A DNA stretch of 63,497 bases, counting the filler, from Perkinsus olseni (lineage: Eukaryota): NCBI GenBank assembly GCA_013115125.1. It is 8 parts of 8 records of this genome, joined end to end, with 100 filler letters (N's around TTAATTAATTAA, not from the genome) between each part and the next. Parts side by side here need not be neighbours in the genome. Positions count along the whole stretch, not along the records: positions 1 to 7,915 come from JABANN010001000.1; positions 8,016 to 15,918 come from JABANN010001001.1; 6 more parts are not named here. One strand, written 5' to 3'. Of this stretch, positions 1 to 8,327 are shown piece by piece (position 1 is the first letter of the stretch; the number at the start of each line of letters is the position of its first letter). The translations under genes and the position numbers were made by a program. The notes under the pieces were generated by a model that was not told the DNA's origin, did no database searches, and was given only the letters and a program-made list of their open reading frames with translations.

Positions 1-151
1 CTATCTACGGTTATCTGCTGTATCTCTGGTTAATACTAGAGATCCTTAGTTGGCCTATTATTATCGTCTATCGCTAGGTGAACCGGGTATTGTGTTATCT
101 AGTACCGTGGTCGGTATAGGGAGCTCTTTAAATAAAACGCGATCCACAACA
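1..151. mobile_element. Partial LTR of a third retroelement inserted into the CCCH-gag
   Basis: Ends TTTAAATAAAACGCGATCCACAACA (151), resembling the LTR terminus ATATATAAATACTCAACA at 48905/54975. Gag homology stops here, right after the second CCCH finger. Confidence 0.5.
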
Positions 152-1229
152 GATGCTTGAACATGCAGCGCTCTCTGGTACAGGAGCCATTCTCTATGAA
201 CTCCCAGCAGAGCCCAGCTTGCTGTCGATCTCGTGACTTTTGGTCTGATAGAGACTTCTCGCCTATTCGACCAGGCTCCTGGCTGTAACCAGTGACTTGC
301 CGGGTCTCCTCATGCTTGTATCTGCATAGATGGCCTCTCTTACACGAACCATGTTTCTGATAATGGATGCAAATTCCATCATTAGCCGGTGGTCTCGATG
401 GCTTGCTCGCCGATAGATCCTTGAGAGACTCATCAGTAGTCCAGTAGAATGCAGCTATGTCGACCAGCTCATCAAAGGGGCACACGCGTGGGCCAATGAA
501 CTGGTGTAGTACTTGACGTAGACGACTTTTTAGTCCCTTGCGAAAGCGGCTCCGTAAGTCGTAGTCAGTAAGAGGACGACCCAAGGCCGCAGACAGTACC
601 AATGATTCTTGACGGACTCTATTTGCATAAGCTTCAGGATCCTCACCATCTCTCTGATTCAACAATGGCCCGTCCCAGCGGAATTCCGCTGATTCATTCC
701 GCCATTGGGCTGAGTGCTTCTTATCGAGGAAGTCGAACAACTTCTCGACAGTAGTGGCACCATTGAGCATCTCCTTACGTAACTCAGTTAACAGAGACCC
801 ACCAACACATCTGAGTAAGTAATAGACACCCTGTTCATTGAGTAAATTGAAGCATTGAATCTGTGACCACACTTGATCACGAAAATACGCATAGGGGAGA
901 GCTTGAGTTGGCCCACACCACGGCTTCCCTCCGATCTCTGGCAGAGGTACTTTGAAGGGGTCGGGGCTGGGATGCGTAGCTACACCGCTGGGCATATAGC
1001 TCGGAGGTTGTACTTGGGGCGGGGCCGCAACCGCTGGGGCGGCCTGTTGCCTTATTTGAACTTGCTGAAGTTCATGTCGAAGTCGGGTAACTTCTTGGAC
1101 GAGGGCCTCGACGACAGAATTCATCCCGGTACAATGACGAGTGCCGTTAGAGTCATCGTTCCCTGGCCTCGTAATAGGTGGATTATCGCCGCTGGGCTTC
1201 TCACTATCAACTCCAGGCTGACCTTCCAT
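99..1229 (-). CDS. Retrotransposon Gag-like protein with two CCCH zinc fingers, truncated at ~152 by an LTR insertion
   Basis: GKPWCGPTQALPY...YYLLRCVGGSL resembles GAPWSRPTAELPY...YYLLRNFSGPL in the gag at 54791. It has C-x8-C-x5-C-x3-H (CIHYQKHGSCKRGHLCRYKH) and C-x8-C-x4-C-x3-H (CWEFIENGSCTRERCMFKH) motifs and is intronless. Confidence 0.8.
   Translation of the reverse strand: MEGQPGVDSEKPSGDNPPITRPGNDDSNGTRHCTGMNSVVEALVQEVTRLRHELQQVQIRQQAAPAVAAPPQVQPPSYMPSGVATHPSPDPFKVPLPEIGGKPWCGPTQALPYAYFRDQVWSQIQCFNLLNEQGVYYLLRCVGGSLLTELRKEMLNGATTVEKLFDFLDKKHSAQWRNESAEFRWDGPLLNQRDGEDPEAYANRVRQESLVLSAALGRPLTDYDLRSRFRKGLKSRLRQVLHQFIGPRVCPFDELVDIAAFYWTTDESLKDLSASKPSRPPANDGICIHYQKHGSCKRGHLCRYKHEETRQVTGYSQEPGRIGEKSLSDQKSRDRQQAGLCWEFIENGSCTRERCMFKHLLWIAFYLKSSLYRPRY
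1207..1228 (-). promoter_or_regulatory. Primer-binding site overlapping the gag start codon
   Basis: Minus strand reads ...CTGTCA A TGGAAGGTCAGCCTGGAGTTGA. Its complement TCAACT-CCAGG-CTGACCT-T-CCA has exact tRNA T-loop/T-stem/acceptor/discriminator/CCA geometry. Confidence 0.7.
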
Positions 1230-1290
1230 TGACAGTTTATGGTAATAATAGATAGAGTGATAATAACGACTAGTTGTCTATCAAACACGC

Positions 1291-1609
1291 TGTGGCGACA
1301 GCAGTGCGCCAGGATACGTTACACAATAATTGCACGACAAGTGTCCCCTTGTAACGGTCGTTCTGAGGCTAGTAGTTGCGATGATACTGTTATGATCGTG
1401 ATTAGTAGATACTATTGTGATAGATACGTCAGTATTTTGGTGTCTGCAGTGCCCTTCTTTGCTGGATCCCCTTTGTTCCCTCTGATCCCCGCCACATCCT
1501 CTGCACTACTACTACTGCTACTCTTTGTCTTCTTCGGTCTCTACGGTCTTGTCGAGTTCCCAGTCGACGGCATGTCCCTCTATGATCACGCGCAACAAGC
1601 TGCGCAACA
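1291..1609 (+). repeat. 5' LTR of element 1
   Basis: Direct repeat of 7407-7725 with TG...CA ends. Confidence 0.95.
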
Positions 1610-4600
1610 TTCTACCGGGATCTCACATCCCATTGGTCCTCAGCTACCCCAGTTCTTCTCACGTCCCCAAGACCCCGCCGGCACGGAGTACAGTGTCGGA
1701 GATGTCTATGTTCAACGGTCTCATGTTGCCGAGGATTTAACGGTTGGAGAGTTACGAGAAGAGGTCTACGACCTGTTCGGTGACCTCGGTTTGAAGTTGG
1801 AGAATCTATCCAACCAGATCAGCAATGTTCACTCATCTGCCCAGCACTCCAATCCGCCCGCTCCTTCGGTTCCGGTGGTTGCTCCTTCTCGCAAAGTTCC
1901 TGACCCTCTGATCGGCGATACCACTGAAACTGCGGAAGTCCCCTTGGACAATCCGCGAAAGACCAGCTCGTTGTTGAACGGCCCAACCCGGGCACCGGTC
2001 ATCGTCGACTCGAACTTCCAGGAGCGAGTGCTCAAAATCAAGAAGGCCAATGATGCGGCCTCCTTGGTGGACGGCGGAAAGTTCCTAGGCATGGGAGATC
2101 CCCGTGGGCTCATGATTTGGGCCCAATCGGTTCGGCAGACGAGCCATTATCGATTCGGATGCCCGATCAGCCGATACTTCTACGTTCTCCGCAACCTGAG
2201 TGATACTGTGGCCGACAGTACTCTCTGTGCCATCGAGCTCCAGCACGGTGGCACACCGCTCTGTGAAAGAGAGTCCGACTTCGAGAGTTATCTCCAGCAA
2301 GTCTGGGATCAGCTATGTCGAGAACATTCTCATGCGGGGTCCGGTCTCATCGACTACTTCCAAGCTCTCCGCAATCTGAAGCTGGAGGAGCCGGGATATT
2401 CCAAGTTCGAGGCTCACTTGGCTCGGTTCCGGTCTCTTGTCCGGGCGATCCAGAGCGAGAAAGGAAGCTCTCTCGGGGACGACGAGTTGGCGGCCTTCTG
2501 GCTGTCTAGCCTCACCTTGGCTGCCCAGCAAGATATCAAGCGGGCTCCGAGACAGGAGGTGAGGTCTTTCGCACTCATGTGTGAACGTGCACGGGGTTTC
2601 TACCATTCTCGTATGGAAAGCGATGAGATCGGCAAGAACAAGCAGGTTAACGTCGTCCAGTCAGTCCCAAACAGTGTGGCCTCCTCTTCGCCCGCTCCGG
2701 TTCAAGCTTCGAGTACCCCCGTCCCTACATCATCTCGGCCCAGCCCTCCCGTGCATCGTCCTGCCCTGGACCCCACTGCTGAGAAGCCGGTGGATAGCTG
2801 TGCTGATCCTGCGGTCTTCTGCCTCGACTTTCTGCGGCGTTTCAGGTGTCAGCGTTGTCTGTCCCATCAACACGGCACCTCGACTTGCCCAGAAGTGCAG
2901 GTGGCCTTCCTCCACTTACGCTGTCATCAATGCGGTGTGCACCACGATCGGCCTGTGGTCAACCCGACGGCTCACTGTGCTGACATCATGTGTCACAGAT
3001 GTGGAGAGAAAGGCCATATGGGCCGAGCCTGTCCGACCCCACAACCGAGGAAACGGCCCCGAGTTGCTTGTGCTGTCACGGTGTCTCAGCCCGAGGGTGC
3101 TCCTAAGCTCAACACCCTACCGGTTAAGGTCTCTACTGCTGAAGCCGTGTCTCCTGGCGCGATCCCACCCGCATGCTCCGTGGATGGGTTGCTGGACTCT
3201 GGCTGTGAACTTGCTCTAGTGTCTCAAGATGAGCTTCGCCGTTGGCAGAGCGCTGGGGTGTCCGTGCCGGTGCTGCAAGACGGCACGACCTTGCTTCCTT
3301 TCGATGGTGGTCCCGGACGTGCTGTGCTCGGGCGATGTCATGTCAGGATCACTTTGGACGATGACACCACTCTGCCACTGTCTGTCCGGGTCGTCGATCA
3401 GCTGAGCTACCCATTGATCCTACCATTACACATTCTCCGGCTGGCAGGTGGCGCGGTCTGGGTGATCTCGGAGAACGCCAAAAATGATGATACCATCTTC
3501 TTGAGACCACAGCTCCGAGGCCTTCTCAGAAGTACTGTGGACCCTGGCGATGAGTTAAAGCAGCTGGGTCTCGGGACTTGTACCACCGATAATCTGGACA
3601 ATGTATACAGGGCCAACTACGCCGTTGCTGACCCCACGTCTGATACTCCCGAGAGCCCCGACGACTACTTTGACCTACCCCATGATCCTCAGCAGTTGTT
3701 GCCTGTGTCCCTCGTCCCCGACGCCTCGGCTCCAGATGGCCGTCCGTCGATAGCCATTCCGTGGAAATCGGCTGACCGTCCTCCTCCGAACTACCACCAA
3801 GCCCGAGCGAGAGACGCCAGCATTCATCGGCGACTTAGCCCAGAGCAGTACCGGCAATACGAGGCATGTGTAGACGCCCTTATCACCGATGACATTGCGG
3901 CCCTACTCACCGGACCCCCGGACCCCGACTCGTACCACATCCCGGCCGTTCCTGTGTTCAAGGACTCTCTTACAACTCCGGTGAGGATCTGCCTAGATGC
4001 AAGGGTCTTGAATAGCTATATCAAGCCCATTTCGGTCCGGGGCCGGGCTGAGGGGAGTCTCTGGTTCTATCTCATCGGCTGGCGGACTTGTTCTTTCTAT
4101 CAGGCCTGCGACCTCTCTCAGGCCTTCCTCAGGGTTCACTTGGCATCACAAGACCAGCCCTATGTTTCCAGTGTCGTCTGCAATCGTCGGATCCGGTATA
4201 AGAGAGTGGCCTTCGGTGTGTCGTCAAGCCCTTTTGGGCTTCATTCGGTGATGTCGTGGCACAAGATCAACTGGCAGAAGGACGTCGAGCGCAATGGCGG
4301 TAAGCTAGCTCAAGCTCATCCCCTGCTGTCCGAACCTGCCGATGGTCTCCCACCTTCCCCACCACTACCACAGTCGCCAGTAGAGGCACCCCCATCTGAC
4401 ATCGTCGGCAGTTCTCCGAGGGCGGCACGTGGGTTCACCGACGAAGAGACTGCCACGATTTTGCCTACGGCCCGCGTTGTCAGCACCAATCCCAAGGTTC
4501 CGAGGAAGATAGATATCGTCATCTATGTCGACGACTACTACCACAGAGGAAAGAGCTTTCCTCAGGTCGTTGAGCAGCATAAGTACACGACTTGGCGACT

Positions 4601-5681
4601 GCGACGACACGGTGCTGACAGCTCAGAGGAGAAGGCCTTCAACAACGCCTCACCTTCACCCGCTGGCAATTATCGTGGCGTTTTGGGGTACTCTACTGAT
4701 GTTGGGGTCGACACAGTATGTTTCAACTACCCCGATCCTGTGCCCAGTTCCACCCCCACGTGCATTACCCGGCGGCAAGCGGTGTCACTGATCAATCGAT
4801 ATTATGATCCTTTGTCGCTCTTCATGGAGGGCAGTGCGCCGGCCAGGTTCATTCTGGCAGACATCAACGCCTCCACTGATGACTGGGATGCTCTTTGTAC
4901 TCCAGAGCACACAGCAGCCATATATGAGTGGCTGCGTACGGTAAACAGCCAGCTTCCGGTGCCCAGGTTTATTGACGTCTCTGGTGTTCTGAACGTTTTC
5001 GCCGACGCATCTCAGCTGGCCTTCTGCATTGACATCCGTGGACCCGGTCCGACGCACACAAGACTCTGCGGACGTTACGGCTTGTTCCCCTTACCCCAAA
5101 GGACAAACCACACTATAGTGCAGAAGGAGCTCTGCTCTCTACACCTGGCCCTACAGCTGCTAACCGAAGTTGATCAGGTCTTCTGTGAGCATGGTCCTCG
5201 ACCGCTTCTCTACTCCGTCTACACAGATTCTGAGATCAACCTCTGCCGCTTGCGTCAAGACCCGAAGCGCGATGATAAGCTCGGCAAGTACGAACGCCGT
5301 CGCCTTCGACTGATCAGGGAGGAGGTCTCCAAGCTGTCTCGCTCTGGCGTACCGGTGGTCATCCGACACATTCGAGGCGACTGCAACCCTAGCGACACCT
5401 GCACCAGAAGGCCAACCTCTACAACTACCATACTGCCCAAGGAGCCTGCTGTTATTGACCAAGGTGTCCGCCTGTCCTCCGACAAGTTCCTCTACAAAGC
5501 CCCCCGGTGGATGAGGAAGACACCGACACCCTCCCTCAGAAGGTCAACATCATTCAGGCTACTGCCGACTATGATGACTTCGTCACGGTGCAGGAGTTGC
5601 GAGATGCCCAAGACAGTTGTGACCGAGTACGAGCGATCCGAGTGGCCATCGAAGACGGTAAAGACCCTTACCACAAGCTGA
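1572..5681 (+). CDS. Gag-protease-RT-RNase H polyprotein of element 1
   Basis: ATG at 1572 lies inside the LTR. CCHC knuckles (CQRCLSHQHGTSTC, CHRCGEKGHMGRAC), protease LLDSGC, RT CDLSQAF/AFG/YVDD, RNase H FADAS. Confidence 0.88.
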   Translation: MSLYDHAQQAAQHSTGISHPIGPQLPQFFSRPQDPAGTEYSVGDVYVQRSHVAEDLTVGELREEVYDLFGDLGLKLENLSNQISNVHSSAQHSNPPAPSVPVVAPSRKVPDPLIGDTTETAEVPLDNPRKTSSLLNGPTRAPVIVDSNFQERVLKIKKANDAASLVDGGKFLGMGDPRGLMIWAQSVRQTSHYRFGCPISRYFYVLRNLSDTVADSTLCAIELQHGGTPLCERESDFESYLQQVWDQLCREHSHAGSGLIDYFQALRNLKLEEPGYSKFEAHLARFRSLVRAIQSEKGSSLGDDELAAFWLSSLTLAAQQDIKRAPRQEVRSFALMCERARGFYHSRMESDEIGKNKQVNVVQSVPNSVASSSPAPVQASSTPVPTSSRPSPPVHRPALDPTAEKPVDSCADPAVFCLDFLRRFRCQRCLSHQHGTSTCPEVQVAFLHLRCHQCGVHHDRPVVNPTAHCADIMCHRCGEKGHMGRACPTPQPRKRPRVACAVTVSQPEGAPKLNTLPVKVSTAEAVSPGAIPPACSVDGLLDSGCELALVSQDELRRWQSAGVSVPVLQDGTTLLPFDGGPGRAVLGRCHVRITLDDDTTLPLSVRVVDQLSYPLILPLHILRLAGGAVWVISENAKNDDTIFLRPQLRGLLRSTVDPGDELKQLGLGTCTTDNLDNVYRANYAVADPTSDTPESPDDYFDLPHDPQQLLPVSLVPDASAPDGRPSIAIPWKSADRPPPNYHQARARDASIHRRLSPEQYRQYEACVDALITDDIAALLTGPPDPDSYHIPAVPVFKDSLTTPVRICLDARVLNSYIKPISVRGRAEGSLWFYLIGWRTCSFYQACDLSQAFLRVHLASQDQPYVSSVVCNRRIRYKRVAFGVSSSPFGLHSVMSWHKINWQKDVERNGGKLAQAHPLLSEPADGLPPSPPLPQSPVEAPPSDIVGSSPRAARGFTDEETATILPTARVVSTNPKVPRKIDIVIYVDDYYHRGKSFPQVVEQHKYTTWRLRRHGADSSEEKAFNNASPSPAGNYRGVLGYSTDVGVDTVCFNYPDPVPSSTPTCITRRQAVSLINRYYDPLSLFMEGSAPARFILADINASTDDWDALCTPEHTAAIYEWLRTVNSQLPVPRFIDVSGVLNVFADASQLAFCIDIRGPGPTHTRLCGRYGLFPLPQRTNHTIVQKELCSLHLALQLLTEVDQVFCEHGPRPLLYSVYTDSEINLCRLRQDPKRDDKLGKYERRRLRLIREEVSKLSRSGVPVVIRHIRGDCNPSDTCTRRPTSTTTILPKEPAVIDQGVRLSSDKFLYKAPRWMRKTPTPSLRRSTSFRLLPTMMTSSRCRSCEMPKTVVTEYERSEWPSKTVKTLTTS
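1610..1621 (+). promoter_or_regulatory. Putative PBS complementary to 3'-shortened tRNA-Gln(CUG)
   Basis: TTCTACCGGGAT abuts the LTR and is the reverse complement of ATCCCGGTAGAA at 47735-47746 in the tRNA-Gln gene. Confidence 0.7.
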
Positions 5682-7362
5682 ACGACGATGGTCTCGTCAT
5701 CCGGAACGTGGCACTGGACATCGAGACCGACACGGAGCCTGGTACTGCGGTGCTCAGCCAGATACTGGTGGCGGATGCCGGGTTACAGCGCCGACTTGCT
5801 CAAGCGGCTCACCAGTTCTCTCATAGAGGTCGACGTGGAACCCTGAACCTGTTGCGGCGACGGTATTTTTGGCGTAAAATGTCTACTACCGTCCGACAGG
5901 TTTGCGACTCCTGCGAACCTTGCCAGCGCAGCAAGTTTGACCGGATCGCAAGATGTACACTCGGTAGCACGGTCCCTTGGTCTGGCTACTTCGGAGCGGG
6001 TAGGATCTGTACCATCGATTTCGTTGGTCCTTTCAGCCAGCGTGATGCGAACGGGAACTTACCCTCCGACCACCCCAACTACGGTGTTACCCTTACGGAC
6101 TTGGCTACCTCGTACACGCGAGGGGTTGTGACCACCACCAAAGCCACGGCTGAGGTGATACCTCTACTCGAACAGCTGTTCGACAGTACGGATTGGGTAG
6201 CGGTGTTGATCGCATCTGATTCTACTTTCCGGTCTACTCAGTTCCGTTACTGGTGTGAGTGCAACAAGATCTGCTTGGTACTGCTGCCTTCGTTCTCCCC
6301 TTCCCTTCTAGGGCATGGTGAGCGGGGTACATAAGGACATCCACTCGTACATGAGGGTAACCACTGTGGCTCACGGGCTCGACTTCTTGGAGGATTGGCC
6401 GTCCGTCTTCTTCCGGGCGATCCGTGTCGTTAACACGTGCCCCTACGTCGAAGATGGTCATCTATGCCCTCATGATATGCACTACATCCACCGAGCTCGA
6501 ATCCCACCGTTGGAACCTGTCGACACCGGTGAGATTGGACAGAAGCTCTACGGAGCAGTGCTCGATACCCCCTCACTGGTTCCCCAGGACGTGTACCAGG
6601 ATGTCGCTGCTATCCGCAAGCAACGATGGGCCCAGTTCAAGTCAGCGTGGTTAGATAGAAGAGAGAAGACTCGGCACGAGACTCTCCGCCGTCCGGGGAT
6701 GCCAGAGATTGCCGCTGGTGACTATGTGTATGTCTGGCAGTCTACTTACTCGGAAGCTAACATGGAAGTGGAGGGGTCCCTACGTCGTGAAGGCCGTGTC
6801 TGTTTCCATTGCTACCGTCAGCGGTAAGAATGGCTTAGACGAGAGGGTTTACTTGGGAAACTGTCGTCGAGTCTATTCCGATGAGGACGTCCACCCAGAT
6901 GCAGAGGCAGATGCTGAGGACGAAGGAGGGGACCTCATGTCTGTAGATGACCAGCCGATCCACAATGACCCCATGGTAGCTGCTGACCCCGCTCCGGATA
7001 CGCCCATGGGTCTTTCACGGTCGTTGGACGATGATATTGAAGAAGACACTCGTGAACGTCAAGCTCTAGCCCGTAGCAAGATCGGATTGGATCTGGCGAT
7101 CGCTCAGTACGACGACGATGGAGATGTTCGTCTCAAGTTCGGAAGGGTGGTTGGGCTCGAAGATTATCTGATGACCGTCCAGCTCTACACCGACCATGGT
7201 GCGGTGGTCACTAGTCCTGTCGGTTGCCTCTCCCCTACTGTTACTCTGGGGTCGGGATCCGATGCCATCTGTGTCTACGATCTTCGCAGTTCGACGACTC
7301 GCATCCGTTCGTGGCGACTACCCCCGACAAGGAATATGATGAGAGCGATCGAGAGTCTGTGA
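5507..7362 (+). pseudogene. Integrase and C-terminal region of element 1, split by frameshifts
   Basis: HHCC (AHQFSH...CEPC), IDFVGP, TDLAT, GHGER-VHK in three frames. Breaks are near C6 at 5500-5505, G4 at 6324-6327 and ~6740. Confidence 0.8.
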
Positions 7363-7406
7363 TTTCTTTTTGCTGTTAGTTGACCGTCAGTATTCGCGGC
7401 CCGGAG

Positions 7407-7725
7407 TGTGGCGACAGCAGTGCGCCAGGATACGTTACACAATAATTGCACGACAAGTGTCCCCTTGTAACGGTCGTTCTGAGGCTAGTAGTTGCGATGA
7501 TACTGTTATGATCGTGACTAGTAGATACTATTGTGATAGATACGTCAGTATTTTGGTGTCTGCAGTGCCCTTCTTTGTTGGATCCCCTTTGTTCCCTCTG
7601 ATCCCCGCCACATCCTCTGCACTACTACTACTGCTACTCTTTGTCTTCTTCGGTCTCTACGGTCTTGTCGAGTTCCCAGTCGACGGCATGTCCCTCTATG
7701 ATCACGCGCAACAAGCTGCGCAACA
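7407..7725 (+). repeat. 3' LTR of element 1
   Basis: Direct repeat of 1291-1609, preceded by PPT-like GCGGCCCGGAG. Confidence 0.95.
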
Positions 7726-7915
7726 CGCTGCCCGAGGTGGGCACTTGCGTTCTTGAGATTCCTCTATGCATCACGATAGTGACAGTTTTGTAGTGCAATA
7801 TATTGCACGAAGATACAATTCGACAACCTGACACATTGCTGAGTAATTGAAGTACTATTGTGTTAGCTGAGCTATAAGGTTTCTGTTGTTAGTTGTCCGT
7901 TTAGCATGATAAGTT

Positions 7916-8015
7916 NNNNNNNNNNNNNNNNNNNNNNNNNNNNNNNNNNNNNNNNNNNNTTAATTAATTAANNNNNNNNNNNNNNNNNNNNNNNNNNNNN
8001 NNNNNNNNNNNNNNN
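7916..8015. other. Artificial contig linker N44-TTAATTAATTAA-N44
   Basis: The identical 100-bp linker recurs at 15919-16018, 23903-24002, 31882-31981, 39829-39928, 47749-47848 and 55635-55734. It carries stops in all six frames. Confidence 0.98.
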
Positions 8016-8144
8016 CGGATAGGGTTGCCGTTGCCGTAGCCTATATGGGGGTCGAGGATGATATCATCACATTAGCGAGTTGTTGAGACATCAGCAAATT
8101 GGCGGATAGGGTTGCCGTTGCCGTCGCCTATATGGGGGTCGAGG
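8016..8144. repeat. Tandem ~87-bp-period repeat at contig edge
   Basis: CGGATAGGGTTGCCGTTGCCGT(A/C)GCCTATATGGGGGTCGAGG at 8016 and 8103. Confidence 0.75.
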
Positions 8145-8327
8145 TGAGGAGATGTAATTGGCGGATAAGGAAGTCATTGTAGCGGCAGGCCTCGAATAAG
8201 GAATTCAATTCCGCGAATAAGGCACACAATTTCATGGTTAAGGAAGCCAATTTCGGCAAATAGGCTCCTGAATGGTACAGATTCCATGAGAATGGATTGC
8301 GGTCCGGAAAAGACAACTTTCGGCTTA

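Larger units (their letters stand above)
1291..7725 (+). mobile_element. Full-length BEL/Pao-like LTR retrotransposon (element 1)
   Basis: 319-bp LTRs at 1291-1609 and 7407-7725 (TGTGGCG...CGCAACA, 2 mismatches seen). Domain order is gag-PR-RT-RH-IN, with Pao-like motifs VPVFK..RICLDAR, YYDPLS, FADAS, NPSD. Confidence 0.92.

Noticed and set aside
99-151. Stand-alone domesticated gag with its own stop codon
   Set aside because: The last residues appear to come from an inserted LTR and a PBS is retained, so a disrupted element is simpler.
1239-1571. Hydrophobic N-terminal extension of ORF 1239-5681 (and ORF 7370-7756) as an env-like or signal segment
   Set aside because: It is a translation of the pyrimidine-rich LTR and starts outside the element. 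ATG 1572 is the likelier start.
7960-7971. TTAATTAATTAA recurring about every 7.9 kb as a periodic biological motif
   Set aside because: It is always centred in N runs, so it is an assembly linker.
8034-8056. GCCGTAGCCTATATGGGGGTCGAG as a relict SL or SL-RNA array unit
   Set aside because: Only CCGTAGCC matches, the second copy differs, and there is no clear donor or Sm site.
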